A model generated the notes under the pieces. It saw nothing but the letters and a program-made list of their open reading frames with translations, had not been told where the DNA came from and ran no database searches. DNA of 64,000 bases from Pseudomonadota bacterium (GTDB lineage: Bacteria; Pseudomonadota; Gammaproteobacteria; Pseudomonadales; Halieaceae), in assembly GCA_039178015.1 (NCBI GenBank), contig JBCDFM010000003.1, forward strand, positions 475-64,474. The letters are read 5' to 3'. Below are positions 9,608-16,212 of this stretch, piece after piece. Both the position numbers and the translations under genes were made by a program. The stretch's first letter is position 1; each line of letters begins with the position of its first letter.

Positions 9608-11041
9608 TCAGACCGTGGCATCGCGCATGTCTGCCCCTCTACCCAAAGCCGTGTCGTGTCTCACTGCGCCGGCTGCCTCTCGAATCAGAGGCCAGGTAGC
9701 GATAATCGCGATGACTAATAGTGCCATCTCTAGCGCGTAAACAGTCAAATAGCCGCCGGCAACCGACGGGAAGCCCCAGAGCTCGCCACCTTCTGTGATC
9801 AATGCGTTAACCACATCTCGTAGTGTTCCGCTAAGTGCCATGCCGATTCCCACGGCCGTGGCTTGTACAGCTCCCCATGAGCCTAAAGCCAACCCCACCT
9901 GCTCTTTAGGGGCGCGGTTCATCGCAGCTGTCAGCGTCCCGTGACTGAACAAAGCTGTACCAAAGCCGATTCCGAAATTACCCGCTAAAAACAAGATCGT
10001 CATATCGCTTGGCACAGCAGCGATCACTAACAGGAAGGCAGGAAGACCTATGAGTGCACCCAACTGTGCTACCCGATAGGGTTCACTCCCCCGCCCAAGC
10101 ACATGCGATGCATAGCCAAATCCCATTAGGCCACCGAGTGCCAGCAGCGCAGTCAGCAGCGTTGTAGAGCTCACGGTAAGGCCCAAGACCTGTCCGCCGA
10201 ATGGTTCAAGTAGAATATCAGCCATCCCAAACGCCATGCTGCCCAAGCCAACAACTACTAGACGCCTTATGGCATAGCTGCCAGCGCAGAAATCACGCCA
10301 AGAGTCGCGAAAGCTCGGATCTTCTACCACAGGCGCTCTTCCCCTTGGCGGGTTACGCGCTTCTTGCTTCCAGATCGCAATAACGTTTAGCAATAAACAG
10401 CTGACGGCAGCAGCCTGGATCACCTGCACTAATTTGCTATGCGAAAAGTCTTCCAAGGCCATCCCAAAAATCAGCGCGCTGATCATCATGCCCAGTAGCA
10501 GCATCACATACATCAACCCTACTACCCGAGGTTGAGATTCTTGCGGTGATAAATCCGTCGCTAGCGCTAAGCCCGCCGTCTGCACCGTATGAATTCCCGC
10601 CCCCACCAGCAGAAATGCAAAACCCGCAGCGAGCTGTCCGACTATGACAGGTGCATTAGAAGCCTGTCCTTGACCTCCCAATACCAAGAGCGCAAATGGC
10701 ATAATGGCGAAACCACCGAACTGCAACAGCGACCCTTTCCAAACAAACGGCACACGGCGCCACCCCAGCTCACATCGGTGCGTATCTGATTTAAAGCCGA
10801 TAACAGCACGCAGCGGAGCAAATAAAACCGGAAGAGCTAACATGATGCCCACGAGTGTGGCAGGCACATTCAGCTCGACGATCATTACCCTGTTGAGAGT
10901 TCCTACCAGCAGCACCATCGACATACCGACAGACACCTGAAACAGCGAGAGTCGAATCAGACGATGTAGCGGTAGCTCTGGCGTTGCCACATCCGCGAAA
11001 GGTAAAAATCGCGAACCCAAGGTGGCCCATGCCATGACCAT
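9608..11041 (-). CDS. pucC: PucC / BCD-family (bacteriochlorophyll delivery) MFS protein
   Basis: N-terminus LFQVSVGMSMVLLVGTLNRVMIVELNVPATL...APLRAVIGFKSDTHRCELGWRRVPFVWKGSLLQFGGFAIMPFAL is the PucC/LhaA signature. The start is moved from 11101 to ATG 11041 (MVMAW...), which is preceded by GGAGAAAAGG. It lies downstream of pucBA. Confidence 0.85.
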   Translation of the reverse strand: MVMAWATLGSRFLPFADVATPELPLHRLIRLSLFQVSVGMSMVLLVGTLNRVMIVELNVPATLVGIMLALPVLFAPLRAVIGFKSDTHRCELGWRRVPFVWKGSLLQFGGFAIMPFALLVLGGQGQASNAPVIVGQLAAGFAFLLVGAGIHTVQTAGLALATDLSPQESQPRVVGLMYVMLLLGMMISALIFGMALEDFSHSKLVQVIQAAAVSCLLLNVIAIWKQEARNPPRGRAPVVEDPSFRDSWRDFCAGSYAIRRLVVVGLGSMAFGMADILLEPFGGQVLGLTVSSTTLLTALLALGGLMGFGYASHVLGRGSEPYRVAQLGALIGLPAFLLVIAAVPSDMTILFLAGNFGIGFGTALFSHGTLTAAMNRAPKEQVGLALGSWGAVQATAVGIGMALSGTLRDVVNALITEGGELWGFPSVAGGYLTVYALEMALLVIAIIATWPLIREAAGAVRHDTALGRGADMRDATV

Positions 11042-11058
11042 CCTTTTCTCCAGGCGAT

Positions 11059-11181
11059 TCACTGAACGACACCCCACGCAAGACCGGTTAAGGAAAACCA
11101 AACAATAAAAACAACCACTGTGCTCAAGGAGAAGCGCGGCTGAAGAAGGCCCATATCATCAAACAAGCAAACAGCTGACAT
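11059..11181 (-). CDS. Candidate 40-aa single-TM peptide upstream of pucC (speculative)
   Basis: Hand translation gives MSAVCLFDDMGLLQPRFSLSTVVVFIVWFSLTGLAWGVVQ. The stop lies 17 nt before the pucC ATG. RBS is weak and there is no homology evidence. Confidence 0.2.
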   Translation of the reverse strand: MSAVCLFDDMGLLQPRFSLSTVVVFIVWFSLTGLAWGVVQ

Positions 11182-11234
11182 TGCCTGGAGTAACTCCGCT
11201 AGCCCCGCACGAGACACGCTGTCTCAAAAGCGAA

Positions 11235-11852
11235 TCAGCGTTCCTTATTACGAATAAGTAACGGTAGACCAAAACTCGAGCTTCGCTCGCCTTTAGGTTT
11301 AGTCAGCAGGGGTATGCCAAAGCTACTCTCTTTCTTTTTTTTCTCCGTCAAGGGCTTCAACCCAATCATGGAAGACAGTGGCGTAGGACCCTTACTCAGA
11401 CCACTGCCAAACATGAGCCAACTGCTTCGCGTGAGTGGGGGAAACAAGCGCGAGAGCATGCTTAGCCTGCGCGTTGCAAGAGCTGGCATTCCAATCAAAG
11501 AGGAAAGCGGCGTAGGGTTTCTGGGCGCAACCTGCGGGGAACCACCTGCATCCAGCGGGTTGGCGGATTCCAGTGCACTGGTAGCGCTCGCACCGGTGCC
11601 AAACTCAGCGTTCACTACAACAATATGGCGCCCTTGCGCTAAACCGCGAGAAAACACTACTGCCAGACTGCCGTTTAATTCCTCCACGCCGACATCGACT
11701 TTTTTAATCAAGCCAGCAGGCGTAATGGTTTCACCCATCACATCGGGACTGACATGAACAATCAGTTCATCCTTAAAACCTCGATCAAGCAGCGCTTGTA
11801 CCGCAGCGGCGGCTTGCTCACCAGTTTGGTACATCCGTCCAACGTAGGCCAT
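11235..11852 (-). CDS. Uncharacterised protein inside the puc locus: globular N-domain plus C-terminal repeated [ST][ST]-x-x-G-x-P-x-L motifs
   Basis: 205-aa ORF with a GAGAGG RBS. C-terminal repeats are PTPLSSLIGMPAL, PTPLSSMIGLKPL, SSFGIPLL and SSFGLPLL. It is on the same strand as pucA and pucC and lies between them. Confidence 0.6.
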   Translation of the reverse strand: MAYVGRMYQTGEQAAAAVQALLDRGFKDELIVHVSPDVMGETITPAGLIKKVDVGVEELNGSLAVVFSRGLAQGRHIVVVNAEFGTGASATSALESANPLDAGGSPQVAPRNPTPLSSLIGMPALATRRLSMLSRLFPPLTRSSWLMFGSGLSKGPTPLSSMIGLKPLTEKKKKESSFGIPLLTKPKGERSSSFGLPLLIRNKER

Positions 11853-12018
11853 AGGCGCCTCTCATAGAGCTTGTTAGCAATACATCTTCTATGGCTCTCC
11901 CAAAAGAGAAAGCCGGTCACATTTGCACCACCGACGAGCGACGCACCAGTGAACCGAGTGCGCCGGCGCCCGTGGAGCTGATGGACTACCCCACCTTCAT
12001 ACCGCGTATTGGTCGCAC

Positions 12019-12039
12019 GCTAGATAGCACTTATCTAGC
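12019..12039 (-). other. Stem-loop downstream of pucA (possible mRNA-stabilising or attenuating hairpin)
   Basis: Perfect 8-bp stem GCTAGATA / TATCTAGC with a 5-nt loop, 46 nt after the pucA stop. There is no U-tract, so it is not a canonical intrinsic terminator. Confidence 0.3.
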
Positions 12040-12084
12040 AGCAAGACTCGATAAACAAGCCTTACTAAATCAATCCCAGGCTCG

Positions 12085-12228
12085 CTATCCGCCCCAGAAT
12101 TGCGACATCCAACTCGTATTATTCAATATCAGGTAGTGTATTAGGAGTGAGGTGATGGCAGCACTGCTCAAGAACAGCGGCAAACCAACTGTGGGCTTAA
12201 CCACACACCAGATTCTTCCGTTATTCAT
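12085..12228 (-). CDS. pucA: Light-harvesting complex 2 (LH2) alpha polypeptide
   Basis: Hand-translated 47 aa: MNNGRIWCVVKPTVGLPLFLSSAAITSLLIHYLILNNTSWMSQFWGG. It aligns without gaps to Rhodobacter LH2 alpha (M.NGKIW.VVKPTVG.PLFLS.A.I.S..IH) with His31 conserved. The ATG lies 11 nt after the pucB stop, behind GGAGATAGAGA. It is below the ORF-track cutoff. Confidence 0.88.
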   Translation of the reverse strand: MNNGRIWCVVKPTVGLPLFLSSAAITSLLIHYLILNNTSWMSQFWGG

Positions 12229-12239
12229 TCTCTATCTCC

Positions 12240-12404
12240 TCATCCAAACCAGGGTGAATAAATGAACGCCAATGCGTGTGCGATCACTGCGATGAAGAAG
12301 AACACTCGCGAGCCGTCGATGACGTGCTTGTGAAGCTCTTCCGATTCTTTGATCGTCAGACCCGTGGGCCATACGCGATCTGGATCATCCAAGTCAGTAG
12401 CCAT
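12240..12404 (-). CDS. pucB: Light-harvesting complex 2 (LH2) beta polypeptide
   Basis: Hand-translated 54 aa: [54 protein letters not shown]. It matches LH beta chains (VWP.GLT..E.EE.HK, ..RVF, A.IAH.L, PW.G) including the BChl-binding His. Strong RBS GGAGGAAACTT-ATG. It is below the ORF-track cutoff. Confidence 0.9.
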   Translation of the reverse strand: MATDLDDPDRVWPTGLTIKESEELHKHVIDGSRVFFFIAVIAHALAFIYSPWFG

Positions 12405-12544
12405 AAGTTTCCTCCACGAAATACTGGCCGAATATGAAGCAATTTAGACCTCATCTTCACCAACCGACGGGCGTTAGTTGCTCGTTTTGTAGGGTCAATC
12501 ATGCACTGCGATACCGCAGTTGCTAGTTTGCCAACCCTAAATTC

Positions 12545-12573
12545 ACAGTAGCAGCATTAATAAAAGCAGTCAA
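12545..12573 (-). promoter_or_regulatory. Candidate sigma70-type puc promoter (-35 TTGACT, 17-nt spacer, -10 TACTGT)
   Basis: The minus strand reads TTGACT-gcttttattaatgctgc-TACTGT. This predicts a leader of about 130 nt before the pucB ATG. Confidence 0.3.
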
Positions 12574-12593
12574 GACTTCTTGTCATTCTATAC

Positions 12594-12611
12594 TGTAAAC
12601 TAAAGTTGACA
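12594..12611 (-). promoter_or_regulatory. Perfect TGT-N12-ACA palindrome (PpsR/CrtJ-type operator) upstream of pucB
   Basis: TGTAAACTAAAGTTGACA at 12594-12611, about 20 nt upstream of the candidate -35. A one-mismatch copy (TGT-N12-GCA) lies at 12488-12505. Confidence 0.35.
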
Positions 12612-12654
12612 TTCTGGAGATGGCGCTCCAAATCACCCCGCAAGCGGGCAGGCA

Positions 12655-13206
12655 CTATCGCGCGTCACGTAAAACCCAGGCATAACGGCGGCACTGGGCA
12701 TCTAATTCTTCTGGATTTCGCGTGGGTGAACATCTTCCCGGAGCCAACGAGGTCACATAAAGGGCCAAGCACTCTTCTTCACTCAGATCCTCCGGCGTTT
12801 TGTTGAAATAGTGCTTCGATCCATGAATCAGTCCGCGACCCCCTTCAAAAGGCAAGAAATGCATGTACAGAGCCAGCATCAACTTCCTCCCTAGACGCTT
12901 TGGTAGAAGGTAACGCCAAAGCAGCACGCGAGCCTGCATGACCTGCGCATCGGCGTCATCGCCCTCCAGGTGGACAATTACTTTACGGCAAACAATATGC
13001 GTAAAAGCGTCCTCTTGAAGACGTAAGACCAGCTTGACGAGCGCAGCAGGTGGTTCAAGTTCGCTCGGATTAAGTCGCTTGAGTAACCGATCGACCTCAG
13101 GCTGCAAGTCAAAATAGGCCGTCTTGCAATACCAGAACAACGCCACTAAGGCGACAAGGACAAATGCAATCATCAGCGCGAACAGCGCAAGCGGTAGAGA
13201 CATCAT
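12655..13206 (-). CDS. Membrane-anchored, degenerate GT51 (peptidoglycan transglycosylase)-like domain protein
   Basis: 183 aa with an N-terminal TM helix. QEDAFTHIV resembles the EDxxFxxH motif. LPFEGGRGLIHGSKHYFNKTPEDLSEEECLALYVTSLAPGR resembles the GT51 G.GxxGxxxAAxxYFxKxxxxLxxxExAxLAxxxxxP block. It is shorter than MtgA and lacks a clear GxSTITQQ motif. Confidence 0.45.
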   Translation of the reverse strand: MMSLPLALFALMIAFVLVALVALFWYCKTAYFDLQPEVDRLLKRLNPSELEPPAALVKLVLRLQEDAFTHIVCRKVIVHLEGDDADAQVMQARVLLWRYLLPKRLGRKLMLALYMHFLPFEGGRGLIHGSKHYFNKTPEDLSEEECLALYVTSLAPGRCSPTRNPEELDAQCRRYAWVLRDAR

Positions 13207-13267
13207 TATGTTCCTTTGGGCCTAAGCCGCGCCGTATAAAGCAGGAGAAGCTTTGTTGTGCTGCCAG

Positions 13268-14593
13268 CTATTCAATAGCAATACTCTCAAGGCCAAACTT
13301 TATCTCTCGTTGATCAGAGCTATCGCCCACATCGGCTGGCTTTAGGGGCGAACGGTGCAAAAATTCCAGGTAAACATACTCTTGATCAAGAGCTCTTCTA
13401 GGCAGATCTACCGCTACCTTTGAGAGGTCATAGTTTCCGAGGTCTGCTCCATTGATACGCACCGCCGTGGGCTCTACCTCGCCAAAATACCGGCCACGAA
13501 TCTTCAGCGCAGCCTTACTACGAAGCGCCAGCTCAGGTGATGGTTTGAACTTAATGCAGGATTTTCTACCCAATGACCATCTACCCCAATCTTCCGGAAA
13601 AGCCCAGCCGTAAGCCAAATATAGATGATTCTCCATAGAGTGAGCCTGGCGCAGGCTACCGTCCCAGTCCTGCAGGCGCTGAGATAACAGGAAATACGCG
13701 AGGGCGTTCTCGAACATGCCCCAATCCCGAACAAATCGAAGCGCAGAGTTGTTTTCTATTGAGCGGCCTGCAACAACGAGATTAAAGAAGCCCTCGGATT
13801 GAGGGTCTTGCTCGGTAATATCACACAGAGAACGCACTTCGTCTCGACTCATGGGAAGCAACCCCTGAGTCTGTTCGTCCATCAGATATAGCCGCCAGCT
13901 TTCACGATCAATCAGATCCAGTAATTCCCGGCTGCTGGCACCTGCCCGACGCAAGTGCATGGGTGACACTTCGATAATCATGACGAGATCATCTGCGCTG
14001 GAGTGAATCAAATCCCCGAGACCCCACAAAACATCGCATTCCGCCCCCTGCGTGTCGACTTTAAGAAAGTTGATTCGCTGGTACTGATCTCCAATAAAAC
14101 GTGAACCATTGGCTACTCGAATGGATTGGGACGGCCCGGACCCGCCATCTGAATACAGAGAATGATCTCCACGATTACGTTCGTTCAAGAACAGCTTGGC
14201 TTCACTATCTCGTCGTCCCAACGCAAGTTGAAAACAGCGTAGATTGTCGCATTGGTTAATCTCTCTATTGGTTTGCAACAGTGCAAAATTATCCGCTTCC
14301 GGCTCGAATGCCAGTACTGCACCGGCTGCTCCCACTCGCTGCGAGGCAAGCAGCGAGAAATAACCAATATTCGCGCCCACATCGACGAACACATCGCCGG
14401 GCCTCAGCATTGCGAGCAAAAAGTAGGTCTCCAGCGGCTCCCAAATTCCATTGCTCGCAATGGCAGTCGAGACATGCAAATCAGACTGAGTGTGAACTCG
14501 CATTTGCGGCGGATTATCCACTCCCTCGATCTGCAGCGAATAGATCTCTTTCCTGGCGTGTTTACTCATATCGAGCTGTTCACAGCGTTCCAT
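13268..14593 (-). CDS. FkbM-family SAM-dependent methyltransferase with ~150-aa C-terminal extension
   Basis: VFVDVGANIGYFSLLA, AFEPEADNFALLQTN and FLKVDTQGAECDVL are FkbM signatures. The C-terminal domain contains GWAFPEDWGRWSLG. An alternative start at 14569 would remove the 14-nt overlap with the upstream MFS gene. Confidence 0.8.
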   Translation of the reverse strand: MERCEQLDMSKHARKEIYSLQIEGVDNPPQMRVHTQSDLHVSTAIASNGIWEPLETYFLLAMLRPGDVFVDVGANIGYFSLLASQRVGAAGAVLAFEPEADNFALLQTNREINQCDNLRCFQLALGRRDSEAKLFLNERNRGDHSLYSDGGSGPSQSIRVANGSRFIGDQYQRINFLKVDTQGAECDVLWGLGDLIHSSADDLVMIIEVSPMHLRRAGASSRELLDLIDRESWRLYLMDEQTQGLLPMSRDEVRSLCDITEQDPQSEGFFNLVVAGRSIENNSALRFVRDWGMFENALAYFLLSQRLQDWDGSLRQAHSMENHLYLAYGWAFPEDWGRWSLGRKSCIKFKPSPELALRSKAALKIRGRYFGEVEPTAVRINGADLGNYDLSKVAVDLPRRALDQEYVYLEFLHRSPLKPADVGDSSDQREIKFGLESIAIE

Positions 14594-15839
14594 CGGTTTG
14601 TGTCGCAGTTTCGTAGCAGAAGAAACCTACGATTAGCGCTACCAGCATACATGGGGGGTAGACCAAAAGGGAAAGCTGATAGTCTGCTATGCTCGCGTGC
14701 TGAGCCCGCGTAGTTGAACCCGAGATCAGATCCAAAAGCGATCCGGGGAGCCACTGCATAAAGGCGGCTCCGCCAAAAATCGCTGTGTTGACCAATCCAA
14801 GTGCTGTCGATGACAACGACATGGGGACCGATTCCTTTATCAGCGCGTACAGCAAGCCGAGATAGGCACCGCCAAATATCGCCAACAAGGCAACTAACAG
14901 CGCTTCAACGACAAAAGGCGGTTCACTCCAGAGGATCAGGCACAGTGTACAAAACAGTGTACCAAGCATACCCCACAGCAGGAGGAGCTTGCGCCGGCGC
15001 AATTTGTCCGACAACCAGCCTGCTCCCAAAAGCCCCAATCCTGTGCAGATCATCAAGACCGATCCAAGATTATCCGCCTGAGTGTGAGAGTACCCCGCCG
15101 CCTCGGCAAATGGTAAGTACCACAAGCCGGTAAATGCCATGATTGAGCCCGAGCCAAGAAAGCCCATAAATACGGTGCGACGGATTTGAGTTGAATCCCA
15201 AACGTTACCCAAGTCCTTTCGAATTCCATGCAGCCAGTTGAGGTCTGTGTTGGGCGTTGGTTGGTAGACGAGTCCCCTGGTGAACCACAAACAGGGAATA
15301 AAGGGCAGGAACACGATTCCCAGTAAAAAGAAGTACTGCCGCCAATCTCCACCATCACTCAAAAACACGGGCATAAGCGCAAGAGCCAGCATCGCGAGCA
15401 AAAACTTTACCAGTTGGTTCCACCCGAGCAGAGTGGCAAATTGAAGTGGATCAAATTGATTTGCAGTCAGAGCAAAATAGCCAATAAAAAAAAGACCGCC
15501 GCCAACCCCAGCAATAACTCTACCGGTGTAGGCGAGCATCAAATTGTCTGTCACTGCAAACAGAACATTTCCGACAGAAAACAGTACACAGGCCCAGATG
15601 AGCAAGATTGACGGGCTGAATCTAGCGAAAGCCAATCCGGCAGGTAGCTGCATTAAGGCATAGAACAGAGTGTAGACACCAAACAAAGCGCCGACCTGAC
15701 CGGAGCTAATATGCAAGTTACTACCCAGGTCGTTTGCTAGTGCACCAACCGTCAGCACTTCAAGATTTTGTAGTGCCAGCATAACCGTCGCAAGCACCCA
15801 TAGGAGCCAGCGGCGTCCACCGGCAGTGGTTGACTTCAT
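14580..15839 (-). CDS. MFS transporter
   Basis: 419 aa with about 12 predicted TM segments and an MFS_1-like loop 2-3 motif region (LPAGLAFARFSP). Confidence 0.85.
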   Translation of the reverse strand: MKSTTAGGRRWLLWVLATVMLALQNLEVLTVGALANDLGSNLHISSGQVGALFGVYTLFYALMQLPAGLAFARFSPSILLIWACVLFSVGNVLFAVTDNLMLAYTGRVIAGVGGGLFFIGYFALTANQFDPLQFATLLGWNQLVKFLLAMLALALMPVFLSDGGDWRQYFFLLGIVFLPFIPCLWFTRGLVYQPTPNTDLNWLHGIRKDLGNVWDSTQIRRTVFMGFLGSGSIMAFTGLWYLPFAEAAGYSHTQADNLGSVLMICTGLGLLGAGWLSDKLRRRKLLLLWGMLGTLFCTLCLILWSEPPFVVEALLVALLAIFGGAYLGLLYALIKESVPMSLSSTALGLVNTAIFGGAAFMQWLPGSLLDLISGSTTRAQHASIADYQLSLLVYPPCMLVALIVGFFCYETATQTDGTL

Positions 15840-16212
15840 GCCGGCATGTTAGACCATCGTCCAAGCAGTCGCATCAAACTCTGCTCAATCAAACTGATTA
15901 AGCCGGGTGCAGTCATACATGTCGGCCTCTACGATACTGGTTCAAACATCTCGAGCCATAAGGTCATGTCGCCCCTCCGGTCGCTGTCTATCGCTGCGCC
16001 GCTACCTAGAGCATAAGCCATTTATGGCCATGAACGGCTTCGGGGAACCATCAGTGCGCAATCGAAGTCGCTCATAAGTCTTGCGCTCAACTGCTGATTC
16101 CCAGCGACGCAGTGTACCGTTACAATACCGGCCCCGCTATGGAGCGCGTCATCTGGCGTGGCCATCAGGGAGCATTACAGCCAACCGAACCTGACATTCA
16201 CAGGACACCAAT

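Noticed and set aside
11891-12136. 81-aa plus-strand ORF in the track covering the pucA region
   Set aside because: It is antisense to the hand-translated pucA and its downstream hairpin. It has no RBS and no recognisable motifs, whereas the minus-strand reading gives a near-textbook LH2 alpha chain.
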